Shown here: one piece after another, positions 1-13,554 of the stretch | Layout of the letters: every line of letters starts with the position of its first letter | Numbering within the stretch: position 1 is the first letter of the stretch | Source of the DNA: Basidiobolus meristosporus CBS 931.73 | Lineage: Eukaryota; Fungi; Basidiobolomycota | DNA: 64,000 bases | Assembly: GCA_002104905.1 (NCBI GenBank) | Contig: MCFE01000034.1 | Coordinates: 62,001-126,000, forward strand | Direction of reading: 5' to 3' | The notes under the pieces: model-generated | Databases searched by the model: none | Seen by the model: only the letters and a program-made list of their open reading frames with translations | Told to the model about the DNA's origin: nothing | Position numbers and translations under genes: made by a program

Positions 1-9
1 ATTTGCTTT

Positions 10-357
10 TGTTGTAAGAGTCTTGGAGATATTGGAAGTGATTTGGAGAACAAGTGGATTATGTGGTTTTCACTTAATTATTTAATGAATGTAAAAGTAG
101 TATTTATACTTTTACCTGGTCTTGGCATTACAAACACGTAGAATAGGCTAAGGAAGGTCTCAAGAACATGTGTGCAAAGTTTGGGGCTGTTTGGACAACT
201 TTGAGAATTTTCATGTTCTGGATACCTGGTATTTTGGTGAAATATTCTAAGTAAATCCCAACAAGGAATTTGGTCAGTATTCTCTAGGATTTGAAGTTAA
301 TGATCTAAGTGACTAAGTTATGTGAATATTTAGATGGAAATACAAATTTTTACAACA
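10..357 (-). mobile_element. Solo LTR of Copia family B
   Basis: Reverse complement of the LTRs at 47235-47583 and 52798-53127. TGTTG...CAACA ends. Perfect 5-bp TSD GCTTT at 5-9 and 358-362. Confidence 0.93.
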
Positions 358-362
358 GCTTT

Positions 363-547
363 GTCTATCAGTGGGATCTACACTCTGTCTATAACAGGGG
401 ATGCAGAAGCTATGGCAGATATATTGCTTTTCATCACAAGCTCATTTACCTCACTAGAGTGTAGCTCAACTGGCTCTGCTGCCAACTCTTGAGAAAACAG
501 CTTTTGTCTTGTTGGTAATTTCTCTTGGCTATGATGGGATTCACCCT
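363..547 (-). pseudogene. Fragment of CMC-element ORF2 (middle part)
   Basis: Aligns by eye with ~43590-43812. Ends where a CCCTATG terminus begins at 548. Confidence 0.7.
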
Positions 548-1803
548 CCCTATGCAAAATTATGGTGATGATCCCATCAAAAGGCCTTCACAAATTTAAA
601 GTTCCATGACTAAGAGGTATTGAGCCCATCAGGACCCTGTGTAGAGACTGTCAAAAAATAATTGCACCCCAGATTTTACAAAAAACTTTGTCAAAATTTT
701 CATCACAACAATACAAAAGTGGCTTTCAATTGCCTCTGCAAATTTTCTCACTTTCTGATCCTGGACAGTAAATCACCTGCTACATTTATGTGCATTGATT
801 GGCTATTACCTATTTCTCAAACTCCTTATTTCCTGGCTTAACTGTTCCTCTTACTTTTCATGCATACAAATTGATTTATATGTATTGAGACTTCAGTTGT
901 GTCTCAGTTGTATCAAGCTATGCAAGTCCCTATACCTTACACTAATATTAAGCCCAACCCCACACTTACAAGTAACTCCATTAAAATTCACCACTCAATA
1001 AGTATTTTTACTGCAACACTCTTGCCATGACTTTGGCAGGAACCCTACAGCTTTATGCCACTGTTCATTCACTGGTTCCCATGTGTCCTGGTAATCAGCT
1101 GGTGCTGCAAGGTCTGGCACCTCATCTGCCAGTCTTTGCAATAAATCCTTGAAATATTCAAGGGAGTCTTCTTGAGCACTGCTCTTGGAGAAGTGCTGCA
1201 AACTCTAGGTGTGCCTATTAATGTTCCCAAATTCCATGGAAGGTAATTTGATAACCTTTTGAGGCCTTGATGTTGCTAGATGGAGGCTGTGGTAGACAAG
1301 TTGCCTTTCTCCGCAAACACACCTACCTCACTGAAGTGCAGCTCAACTAGCTGCACTTCCAGCTGTTGTGAAAATAGCAGTTTTTTTTGTAGGTATTCTT
1401 CTTGGCAATGATGAAATTCAGTTTGTTCCAGGCTAACAGTGTCAATTGGCAAGAGCTGCAGCTGCTTTCTCCCACATCCCTGACTCTGGCTTAGGTATAC
1501 TTTTTTCCATTTATCTTTTCCTTCAGCAATGCCAGGTCTTTCACTGCCACTTTGTGTGAGTGCTTCCTGTATTGAACAACATTTACTCCTTGATAAATGC
1601 TGCTCTGAGGCATCTGTTGTGGCCTGCTTGTCCCTTGCTGGCACTCTGCAGGCAACCTGATGCTTCTGTACTGCTAGTTTTGAGCTCTCAGCCTATGCTA
1701 TGATGGGCTCCTGAGGTAGCTGCTGGCTCTTATAACTGCCAGGTACTTCACTGCTACTTTAACTGAGTGCTTCTTGAGTGGAACTATGTTTCTTCCTTGA
1801 TAA
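548..1803 (-). mobile_element. CACTA/CMC transposon left end plus 3' half of ORF2 (decayed)
   Basis: Starts CCCTATGCAAAATTAT. ORFs 995-1201 and 1276-1644 match the 43284-43853 translation (ENSLEYxKDLLQRLADEVPDLA). Internal 207-bp duplication. Confidence 0.75.
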
Positions 1804-3583
1804 CCCTATGAAAAGTAATGTGGTCCCAAGGGGGATACAATCCAGATCAGCTGTCAAGATCCTGTGAGAATACAGCTATAATACCAGCAGCTTGGAATTA
1901 ATAAGTCTAATGACCATCTACACTATCTTATTGTGGGATCACATCAGCATTTGGTTAATTTTACAGCCAAATAAAATTAAAAAACATAAAGGTGTTTGTA
2001 CGGTGTTTTGCCAAGAGTAAGTAACTATAACCAGCCAGTACATTCAATTGCCTTAAATGGCAAAAAACTTGACAGTGTTTTGATGGCCTCATTGCAAGCC
2101 TTTGATGGCACTATTGTGGCAGTACTGCAACCTACAGCTAGTTCTGTATAGTGCTACCATACCAATTTACCAAATGGTATTTCCTTTTTCTACCTGCTCT
2201 TGCGCAATTCATATATTCCACCGTATAATCACCCCCCTTTAGTTGCTTACCCACTACTATCTTGGGTATTCCATATATAGTTTAAATCAATAAATACTAT
2301 GGCCTCCTGCTTATTAACCTCTACAAACACACACACCTGGTACAATTGACATACTTCTATCACCTCAACTTTACAGCTTTTTAGTGTGATACTTGTATAC
2401 TTGCCATATACCTTGTATTGCTGGTAACATATACATCTTGCAAATATGTGCTTGGTTGCTGCCACTCCTGCTATGAGTACCTCCTGAGCATCTGCACAGA
2501 ACCTTTTGGTGCTTGGCCAATATTCTTCTTCTCCCTGCTGGATTCTGGTCCCTCTTATAGGCATGCTCAGGCTCTTGCTTGTGTGAATTCCATATTGAAT
2601 GGTATAGAAATTGGCTTGTGACCAAGAGAAACCCAGCATGCTCTAGTGGAGTTTTCTTAATAAAAATCAGTTGCTTGTTGCACCCAACCCAACTTTGCAT
2701 TACTTAACTGATTACCCATGTGTTGGGGCTGCTTAGCTTCTTAATGCCATAGGCATAGGTGTCTCCATGCTCACATTTGTCCTGAATATTTTCCAACTCT
2801 TCCTGGCTGGCCTCCATGTGCCAGCTTTTAATATCTATGATGGGCTTGGAGGCAATATTCTTAATGAGATTGGTATATGGTAATACCTGCAACTTGACTT
2901 GTCTTCCTATCTCCCCTCATATCCACTCCATAGTCAACTCCCAAAAGGTGAGCAAGGCCCAGTATTCTCAACACACCAAGCAAGATTATTAGAAAATGGA
3001 TACAGTAAAAGCAGAGATCTATGTGTTCAGCTCTATGTTTGTAGTATAACCACTCAAATCCCATTGCAAACTCTTTGCATAAAAGCTGAAGATACATCAA
3101 GTTAGCACTGGAGATCCACTTCTGGATAAATATTCCAACAATGCCCACATATGGTTCCCAATGCTTCCTATGTACTCTTGGTAGGAATGGCTTCAGAACA
3201 CCACTTGAATAAATACATATCCAGTTCATCTAGTCCTTGCATTTGTATTGTTGCATATGCCTAGGAATATTGATTGGAGCCTGTGGGAAGTACTTAGGGT
3301 AGCAGATACTCTATAATATTTTGTCAATTCTTTCAAATTTCTCCAGTATCTGAAAGGGCTCATTTAGCTTGCAATACCCCATGTACAATTTGGTCATTAG
3401 TGTTGAAAAGCAAATGCATTGCTTCCAATGGAAAGCTTTTGCTCCAACAGATACCCTCTGTCTTAAGTATCTCCAGTTTCCAATTAACTCCACATTCTGG
3501 CCAGCAGCTTATAGCTTGCCAACTTTGCTGCAATTGCATGCTGACTTCTGTATATTCTCTCTGCAGAAAGATGAAGTTCTTAG
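1804..3583 (-). mobile_element. CACTA/CMC transposon right end plus C-terminal transposase (decayed)
   Basis: Starts CCCTATGAAAAGTAAT. Minus-strand ORFs (MNWICIYSSGVLKPFLPRVHRKHW...FEWLYY...HFLIILLGVLRILGLAHL) resemble the C-terminal half of fungal CACTA/EnSpm transposases. 1810-2070 is homologous to 15966-16264. Confidence 0.7.
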
Positions 3584-3871
3584 TGTTGGAGTGAGAATGG
3601 TATGGATAGTGGCATGGCTTGATCATGAGTCACAGGTCCAGGCACAGGTATTAGCCTAATACAGAAGTTCCAACATGTAGCATTCCTACATAGAGTGAGA
3701 GATGACTTATGTAATAAATAAGCAGGTATTATGGTTAGCTGCCTTTTGTGATAGTACAGATCTGATAGGACAAAAGGGATTTAACTAAAATAGGGGTAGT
3801 AGAAAAAAAGGGAAGTAGAAAATATGGGAATGGGCACAACTGTCAGGAGGTGTCACTGCAACCTTACTACA
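3584..3871 (-). mobile_element. LTR of Gypsy family E (inverted copy)
   Basis: Reverse complement aligns with 10372-10656. TG...CA ends, no matching TSD. Confidence 0.7.
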
Positions 3872-4705
3872 ATGTCAGTTGAAGAACCTATCAAGATTCA
3901 TAGAGTGCCCCACACACCCTGGTCATATAAACCTTACCCACTTCCCAGAGGACTCCAAGCTGATGTGCCTGACCTACTTAAGTAGATTGAAGCAGGTATC
4001 CTAGAGCCTTGCCATGGACCTTATGCTAACAGATAGTTTGTGACCAAGAAGAAGAATGGAGCACTCTGGCTCATACAGGACATGCAACCTGCAAATGCTG
4101 TCACTATCAGAGAGGCTGCAGTACATCCTCCTATTGATGACTGTGCACAAAGCTTTAGTGGCCACTTCATCTACTCAGCATATGAACAGATTCTCCTATA
4201 TGAAACATCAAGAGATATGTCGGCACTCCAGATACCATTTGGGCTGTTAAGGATGACAATACTTAGCCAAGGTGCTACAAACTCTGTGGCTCAGTGTCAG
4301 AGATGCATAGTGAATGTACTCCAGCTGTCTATACATGCAAAACATGCTGTCTTTGATGATGATATAGGCATCAGAGGACCACAGCTTCAGGACACTGCTG
4401 AGGTGAAGCCTGGAGTTAGAAAGTTTGTCTATGATCAAATATTGAACAAGGATGCTTTATCAGAAGTCATTGAAGAAGCAAGGCTCACCATTGGTGGGGA
4501 GAACAGCAACTTTGCTGTGTCAGAGATATCTATTGTTGGACAAAGATGCCACACTTCTGGTTGCTCACCTGAAGACTCTAATACACAAAAGATATGCAAC
4601 TGGCCCACTCCCACAGGCCTGACCCAAGCTTGTGGCTTTGCAGCAGCATATGGGTTTGTTGGGATCTGAGCACTAAGATTTTCTGAAATTTTGGAGCCAA
4701 TTTAC
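3872..4705 (+). pseudogene. Gypsy family E reverse transcriptase fragment
   Basis: ORF 4040-4669 has KKNGALWLIQDMQPAN, LSQGATNSVAQ and VFDDDIGIRGP, the decayed PQGATNS and FxDD RT motifs of fungal Gypsy elements. Confidence 0.85.
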
Positions 4706-7700
4706 CATTGCAATTTAAGAAGTGATTTAAATATAAGGAACTCATCAAGAAGTAGTGATAATAGTTGAACTATAGTTTATTCATAAAGAGGCTCAGTATT
4801 TATACCTTTGTAAAAGAAATACAGCTGTAACACTAAGTAAGGAGTGTTCAACATTCAGGAGCATTCTGTAACAATTTCAGGGTTAGTACACAATGTTTGG
4901 TAAAAAGTGTTAATTTGATCTTGACTATAGGGGAATAATGATAGGATCATAGAGCTGAAGAAGCTGGCAAACCTAGGGCTGTAAATTAGTCCTACAGTGG
5001 CCAAGACTAGTCTAGAATTGTTAAGTAAATTTTTAGCTACAAAATGATACCAAATAGTCCAATATTTCAACACTCCTGTGGGACTCTCAAAGTGTGGACT
5101 AGCTAGTGGTTTTGTCAATATATCTGCCACCATTTTGTCAGTTGGACAGTAAACTAGCTCTACTAAGTTGTTTTTAAAGCTTCTCTCACAAAGTAGTGTT
5201 GTATATCAATGTGCTTAGTTCTGACATGATTAGCAGGATTCCTGGATAATGAAATACAACTTTGATTATCTTTGTAAATAAATGTTGGCTTATCTGAAAG
5301 AAAGCCTAAGTCTTTGAGTAATTTTTGTAGCCATATAGCCTCCTTAGTTGCTTGACAAGCAGTCATATACTCAGCTTCAGTTTTAGATAAGGCCACAGTT
5401 GGTTGTTTTGTGCAATCCAAGTAAAAGCTGCACTAGCATAAAGAAATAAATACCCAGTAGTAGAGCATCTAGCAATCAGATCCCTACCTCAATCTGAATC
5501 ACTATAATCATCAAATATTTGCCTATAAGATGCTCCAGAGTATTCCAGTACCATATTTATGGTACCTTGTAGATATCTGAAAATCCACTTAACTGCTGCA
5601 ATTTGATCTGATCCATAGTTCTACATGAATTTACTGACTATTCCAGCTGCCACTGCAATATCTGGATGTGTAGACACCATCAAGTACATCAGCCTACCAA
5701 CCATTGATTGATAGGGAAAGTTTTGATCAATATTTGGGCCATTTTCTCTCAAGACTGGCTGAGGTTTGATCACTTTCAGAATGTTGTACATAGGGGTAGC
5801 TGCAGATTTGCAATTTTCCATCTTGAAGTGTCAAAGAATGTACCTGATATACTTAGACCAATTCAGCACAATTTACTGCATAGGCATTTCAAATTTAACT
5901 TCAATTCCAAGAAAATAGCTCAATTTTCCAAGATCTTTCAACTCAAACTTGCTGAAGAGATCTGATTTTGTCTGTTAAGTGCCTCATGGTTACTTCTAGC
6001 TATTATTAGGTCATCCACATAAAGAGCCAGGATGATCATATTCTTTTTGCGCTGTTTCACATTTATAATGTGATCTGCAGTGCTATGATTGAACCCAATC
6101 TCCTCTAGATATGTGTCAATCTTGTTAAACCAATCTGTAGGGTCCTGCCTAAGCCCATACAATAATTTCCTAAGTCTGCACACCTTATGGGGGCCTTTTG
6201 GATTGGTAAAATCTTCTAGTTACTCCATTTTCATAGTTTCTTGCAAATCCCCATTTGGAAAGGCTGTTTTGACATCCATTTGGTGTAGATCTATACTGTA
6301 AACAGCTGCCAGGGCTAGAACTTTCCTAATGTAGTTAAACTTGGCAACCAGAGCCAATGTTTCCTTAAAGTCTTGTCTCTGGATCTGAGAATAGCCATTA
6401 GCCACCAATCTAGCCTTATACTTATCAACAGTATCATTTGAGGTAATCTTGAACTTGTAGATCCATCTGAATTCTATTGGCTCTCTCCCATTTGGCAAAT
6501 CTACCGGTTCCCATATTTTTGCCTCAATCAGTTATTTGTACTCCTTCTGCATGGTTTGTTGCCACATGGTAGCATCCGGACTTTGCATTACCTGTTTCAG
6601 ATTCTGAGATCTGGTACATAATGCAAGATAGGCTTCTTCATGATCATTGGATGTCTGCCACTAGCATCCAGGGGCATTTCTTGTTGTGGTAGATCTCCTT
6701 ACTGGGATAATCTGCTCTGATCTAGAACTGGTAGAGTTATCTTCCATATGTGGCTAAATTAGGTATGTATCTTCATTAGTGTTGCTTGCATCATCCAGCA
6801 GCTGGTCAATGATTTTGGTGGTTTCAGATCTGATTCTCTTCAAATACAATGTCCCTGCTGTGATCAGCTTCTAAATTTTGCCATTATACACTCTATACCC
6901 TTTGGCATCATCACAATACCCAAGAAAGATCCCTTTTCTATTTTTTGGTTCCAGCTTTCAGTGTTTTTTGCCAGGGATGTGATAAAAGAAACCACCAGCA
7001 AAGATCCTGAGGTGCTGAAGGTTTGGTTTTTTGCCTGTATATGCTTCATAGGGTGTAGAGTCACATAGTGCTGTTGTTGGGCATCTATTCTTGATGTATA
7101 CCACAATAGCAACTGAATCAGCTCCAAACTTGTAGTCCATTACCTATCATGTAGCATAGATCTTGTTATTTCCACTATTGTTTTATTTGCACATTTGGCT
7201 ATACCATTTTGCTGTGGAGTATGTGGATCAGTGGTCTGTTGAAGTATACCAATAGATGAACAGTACTTTGCAAACTCCTTTGAGCAGTATTCCACTCCAT
7301 TGTCACTTTAAAGTACCTTCAATTTACATTTGCTTGTGTTTCTGCCAGTTCTTGAAGTGTTTAAACATCTCTGAAGCCTCATCATTTGTTTTGCAGAAGC
7401 TCACCCATGTATATCTTGTCTTATCATCAATGAATGTTATAAAGTATCTCTTGACTCCACAGGACAGTGTTCATGTGGCCCCACAAATGTCTGAGTGTAC
7501 AATAGCCAATATTATGGTGGTGGAGATGCCTCCTCAGATCCCAAAATGTTGCCTAGCTTGTTTGCCATATGAACATTCCTTACAGACACTCAATTTGATT
7601 GGAACTGAGTAATTTATGCCTAAAACAAGCTGATTTTTCACCAATTGACTGATTTTCTGATCCCCAATGTTTCCTATCCTCCTATGCCACAATTCCCAGT

Positions 7701-8865
7701 TAGTGTCATCAGTTCCAGCAATGTTGACATACTTAGGTACAATGATCTTGCATTGTAACTTGTAAATTTTATGATCCCTGATTCCCAAAGCTAATTTTGG
7801 TCTATTTTCACTCAATCTTGAGCAGCACAGCTTAGTAAAAACCAATTTCAGTCCCCAAGCAGTTGCTTCACTGACTGAGAGTAGGTTCTTAGCTATTCCA
7901 GGTACATAGATTACGTCAGTCAGTTGTTACTATTGAAGCCCCTGAGATATCACTCATATTTAGTGGTATATACCCACTGGCTTCCAGTGCAGAGTTGTTG
8001 CCCAGATAAGCCTATGGTACATGAATAGTCTTTAGGTGGCTAAACCACTCCTTTATACCACAAATATGCTGTGATGCGCCAGAGCTCATGTACCATTTAT
8101 TACTTTGGTTACTTGCACTCTCTTGTACAGTTACAAATAACTGTTCATCAGTGGTTGTATGGTTTGCCGGCTCCAGCTTCTGTTTTTTGTCTGCTTGATT
8201 CTATTTGCATTCTCTAGCCCAGTGTCCTGACTTCTCACAGTAGCTACAGCAACCAGGTTTTCTTTGGTATTTTTGCTTTCCCTTCTTTTCTGTGTACCTT
8301 TCTGAGCTGAATATATCATTGTCTTCAATTTTTTCTGCTTGATCATTATATCTGAGTTCTTCATGGAAAAGTCTTCCTTTGACACTGTCTAAAGTCAAGT
8401 CGTCTTCTCTGCTTTCAAAAGAAAGTATGAGTGGCTCATACTCATCTGGTAGGCTGCAAAGCAGACAGAGTATCTTTTCTTCATCATGTACACCAGCATT
8501 AATACTGTAAAGTTCTTCTGTCAGTGTCCCCATTATGGTAATGAGCTGTAGCATGTTATCAACTGGCTTCTTCCTCATGTTGAAGAACTTTGGCTTTAAA
8601 TAAAGCTTGCTTGATATTGACTTTGCTCTAAAGATCTTCTCTAAGGATTCCCATGCTGCTTTGGCAGCATTTGAGGCATGGATTTGTCCAATAAAGGAAT
8701 ATTGCACATTGATACATATGGCATTAAAGGCCTTTCTCTCCTTCTCTTGAAACTTCTCCACTTCTTCTGCTGTTCCTTTGGGCTCAACTTCTTTTCCTGT
8801 TACTATATTCCAAAGCTTCCTTTCCTCAAGGTGGATCTGCATCTTGATTCTCCAAAGTCTGTAGT
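4706..8865 (-). mobile_element. Copia family A element A1 (5'-truncated; 3' LTR 4706-5072)
   Basis: Minus-strand gag (8201-8842, CSYCEKSGHWAREC knuckle), GAG-pre-integrase (WHRRIG), integrase, RT (YVDDLII) and RNase H (RTKHIDI), in Copia order. Many stops. Confidence 0.92.
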
Positions 8866-8869
8866 TCTT

Positions 8870-10656
8870 ACAAAGTGTTGTAAAGATGCTGAGGAAGCTG
8901 AAGTCACAGCTCTACATGACACATTCTTTGTTGAGACAGATGCAAGCCACATATAGGGATGATCAATGATCCTGACCTACCTGATGATGCCACCAATTGA
9001 TGAATGGCATTTTGACAATGTGATTGATGCAGACATACAGCAGATAGCCATCAAAGACTAAGAAAGAACTCCCTGGACCCTGATCATTCAGTATCTAAGT
9101 ACAATCAAGAAGCCTAGCTGGATGGAGCCTCATAAGTTCAGAAAACTATAAAGGAGGCTCACCGCTACTATCTCAAGGATGACTTTCTCTTTAAATGTAT
9201 GAAGCCTGGACTTACACCACAAAGAGTAGCCACTACCCCACAAGAGCAACTGAACATCATCATAAGTATCCACCAAGGAGAACCAGGAGTATATTGAGGA
9301 CAAGAAGCCACCTACAATACCACAGCTCAGAGGTACTGTTGGGAAAACATGTACTATGATATCCAACACTTTGTTGAGTCATGTGTAGCCTGCTGGAAGA
9401 AATCTACTAGCATTGTGAAGAACCACCACATCCTATTAAACAATCTGTCTATGGCAAAGGTTGGTATTGACCTTATTCACATGCCAACACCTGGATCAAA
9501 GATGTACTTGATTGTTGCTAGAGATGACCTTAATGGGAAGGCAGAAACTTGAGCCTTGCCCTACAACAAGAATCATACCACATGGAGATTTACACTTGAA
9601 GAAACTATCTACAGACTTGGCTGTATCCAGCAGTTTGTTGCTGACAGAGGAGCAATAACATCCCAGATGATTTGAGAGTTGTGCTCAAGATGCAAGATAT
9701 GCATTGCTTTTACTACAGCTTACCACCCTCAAGCCAATGGAATGGTAGAAAGAGGAAATGGGCAATTAGCAAGTTCACCAGGCAAGAGCTGTAAGGATAA
9801 TACTTCACAATGGCCCCAACAATTATATTTTGCATTTTGAGCAGATAGAATTACTACCAAGAGAACAACTGGAATATCACCATTTAAGCTACAATATGGA
9901 CAAGTCTGTATACCACCAGTTGAGTTAGACACTATAACATGGATCTCATTAGAATGGATAACTAATATGCACTTGGAAGACCTCCTAGCAACTTGTATAC
10001 AGCAACTTGATCACCATTATCTAAATATCCACAGGGCTGTGGAACAACTTAAGGAGATGCAACTGACAAACAAGGCACCCTTTGACAAGTCACACTCAAC
10101 AAGGCCTATATCAATTTCACTAGGAGACTCAGTACCACTCTATGATTCCACCTTGGACAAACAATGGAGTCAGAAGTTTTACAACAAATGGACTGACCCC
10201 TACCTCATTTCTAAGCTGATTGAAAATAGATGTTACTACATATCTGAGCTTGACAACACCAAACTAAGGGCACCAGTTGCAGGTAGCAAACTGTAGTTAC
10301 TGAAGCATAGAAATTTTGCATATCCAGATTAGTTTGCTCTTACCCAAGCTCAAAGCTGAGAAGAGGGTGGATGTGGAGGGGTCACAGTGACATCCACTGA
10401 CAGAGGCACCCATTCCCATATTTTTTACTTACTTGTTTCTCTACTACCCTATTTTAGTTTGATCCCATTTGTCTTGTCTGATCATTACTACCACAAAAGC
10501 TGGCTTACCATAATACCAGCTTATTTAATGCATATGTTATTGCCCACTTTACATAAGGTTACTGGATGTAAAAGCCTCTATATTGAGCAAGTGCTGTGCT
10601 AGGACCTACGACACATGATCAAACCAAGTCACCATCCCTACCATTTTCATTCCATG
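8870..10656 (+). mobile_element. Gypsy family E integrase, PPT and 3' LTR (10372-~10656)
   Basis: Decayed integrase (CWENMYYDIQHFVESCVAC, VGIDLIHMP, AYHPQANG, KWTDPY). Purine tract GAGAAGAGGGTGGA directly before TGTGGAGGG. Confidence 0.82.
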
Positions 10657-10659
10657 TAT

Positions 10660-12235
10660 GGTATCCATTGTTACACTGGCTTCAGAATACTGGTCCCTGA
10701 TTAGTTAGAAGTGCAGTGCCTCTTAAAACCTTTTGGCATCTACTTAAAACATTCTTAGCTCATTTAGATGTCATCAAGATTTTGATTGATTTATAGAACC
10801 TTGTGGAACACCATGATTAGTAGTCATTTGGCCAGTGAGATAAGTATATAAGTGATGCAATCTGTCAACAATAAATCATCATCCATTCTATCAATATAGC
10901 TTCTTGTTGACCAGTGTGATCACTGCTACCTGCTGCTACCACAATTTTCAATCCCAGACCACAGGACACTCCCAGGAAACATTTCTGGCAGCCAACTGAC
11001 CTTGGAGGCACTACTTGTGAGCAATACTGAGAGTAGGTATCTTTTGTTCCATTTGATACTTTCTCAAGACTGGTCTTGTACTGGCAGTGATGCTTTTCTG
11101 TCTTTGTAACTATTGGCCACAGCTGCATTGTTATCAAGTCCCTGCTGGTTGAGTTTGCAGTGATTTTGACTTTGGAGGCTTTAGTACAATGTTATCACAC
11201 AGGGTGCTGAGCCCATCAAATAATTTTGTTAAGACAACAACTAAGTTGGTATTTGTAGCTCAATTGTTTTCCCTTGAAAAGCTTCTGCTGTTATTCCCTT
11301 GCACATTATTGTGGAGACAGAACCTTATATTCCTGGCAAGCTTTTGCCAAAGGTTATTGCACCCAATGAGCACCCCACACACAAAACAATTGAGAAGTGT
11401 TGGCTGTATCTCTCCCTTGGACTTTTACACCACTGCAGTGCCCAACCTAGCTTTGCGTACTTAATTGATAACCCATACAATGGGGCTGCTTAGCTTCTTA
11501 ATGCTAAAGGCTTGGCTGTTTTCCTGTGCATATCTGCCCTCAATATTTTTCAACTCTTCTTGACTACAGGTTCAGCTTTATGCTTGCAATATAGCCACTC
11601 AAATCCCATCACAAACTCCTTGCATGAGAGCTGTAGAGTTATCAAATTGGTGGTATTGATCTACTTCTGGATAACTATTCCTACACTGTGAGCATATGAC
11701 TCCCAGTGCTTCCAATGTACCCATAGTAGAAATTGCTTCAGAAGGTGATTTCAATAAGTACATATCTATTTCATCCAATCTTTGCATTAGTTTAGTTACA
11801 AATGTGAATGATTATTGATTGGAGCCATGAGAAGTACACTGGGTGGTGGATACTCTGTGTTATCTTGCTAAATCTTTCAAATTTTCTGGTATCTCAAAGG
11901 GCTCATTTAGCTTAAAATGTGCAATGTACAACCTGGTCATTAGTGCTGAAAAGCAAATGCATTGCTCCCAGTGGAAAATATTGGCTCCAACAAATGCCCC
12001 CTGTCCTAAGTACCTCCAAGCTTCTTTATGAATCAGCAATAGCCCAGATATTATCACTATTTCATTATACACTTCTTTTATCCAATACAATTTGCCAATG
12101 AAGCAGAGAGCTCTCCAATATAAAATGATTATCAACAATGGTGGGACCCAAGACCCATTGAAGGTAATGGCCACCTTCCTTGGATCTACTGCAAAAGGTA
12201 AGGACACATATCAGACCAATGCATAAAGACACAAG
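10660..12235 (-). pseudogene. CACTA/CMC transposase C-terminal fragment
   Basis: Collinear with ~2250-3500 (shared GGCTCATTTAGCTT...AAAAGCAAATGCATTGC and GGGGCTGCTTAGCTTCTTAATG). Confidence 0.7.
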
Positions 12236-12239
12236 ATAA

Positions 12240-13550
12240 TCAGTAGAAAGCCTGTATCTGGAAACACTGCAATTGGTGAAGATTCACTGTTTACATCTGC
12301 ATGAAATATTGAAAAAATTGGGATTCTCAATATAAGTAACTTTAATAGAAAAACATCACTGCTTTGGCACAGGAGGTTTTGGCTTATCAACTGTGATCAT
12401 ATGGGCAAAATGCTCAAAGATCAGGTATTTTCTGGAGTATAAATTGCATATTTAGAGCACAATCAAGTCTACCTTCATGGGAGACAAGTTAAAAGAGATC
12501 TAAAGCTCTGAATTATTCAAAACTGAGAAAAAACTAGATCAAATGCACTTAAACCTGTGAGGATGATGCAAAACTAACCTCAGGTGGGATGAAATATATA
12601 ATCACTTTTATTAATGATTATACAGAATATATTTGGGTCTGCTCTATGGAAAGAAAGGAGAATACCTTGTCTAAGCTCCAGAAGCTTATGGTTGTGATGC
12701 AGAGAAAAAGAGGCAAGAAAAATCAAGTATATTGGCTTTGACAATGATAGAGAATATTCCTCAAAACTTTGCTTGCACTCCTGCAAAAATCATGCAATAA
12801 AGCTAGAGTCTACTGCACTATACTCCTAACAGAAAAATGGAGTGTCAGAATGTGTAAACAAACAAAGAATTGAAGTTACAAGAGCTATAATCCACAACAA
12901 ATATTGCTCTATGATCTTGAATAATATCAATATCTAAAGCTGTAGTTTTTAAAAATAGGAGCTATTGTGGAATACTTTGTGATTCTGATCCATTGATATT
13001 ATGGTATGGGTACAGATGACGAGTAAAGCACCTGTGAATATCTGGATGTAGAGTAAATGCATAGAAACTGCCCAGAAACTAGTCCAAATCTGAGCCCAAG
13101 AGTGTAAAGTGCATATTTTTGGGCCACTGCAATGAGAGTAGTGCATATATAAGCTTTAATACCACAGTGAAGTGGCAATCACTTCTAAGAATGTGTTGTG
13201 TGACAAAAACTCAGAATTTTATAGTAAATGACATTGTAAGATGACAAACATCTAGTCTCAGCTATACTAACTGATATGATTGAATCTGCACAGAACAGTC
13301 AAAGTTCTATATTGCAGCAAGCTCTACATGCATGGTTTAGTCTGAATCAGTGCCCAGATATGTTCCCAATATGATTATTCTACTATTATAAGGTAGGAGA
13401 TCTAAATGGACCAGAGATAGCACAAATAACAGAAGTAATGAGAGAAAAAGCGTGGGCAATGCCTATTCATTCTATATTGATAAATTGCATACAGTGAGAT
13501 AGACCCTAAATTGCCCTCAGACAATATTTTGGAGATCTGCAACAGACTTG
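12240..13550 (+). pseudogene. Copia family B integrase-region remnant
   Basis: Aligns with deletions to ~49080-51280 (GCTTTGGCACAGGAG = LWHRR; CCCTCAGACAA...TTTTGGAGATCTGC). Confidence 0.75.
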
Positions 13551-13554
13551 CATT

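Noticed and set aside
8876-8890. TGTTGTAAAGAT as another LTR-B start
   Set aside because: The match is only ~12 bp and the following sequence is Gypsy-E pol.
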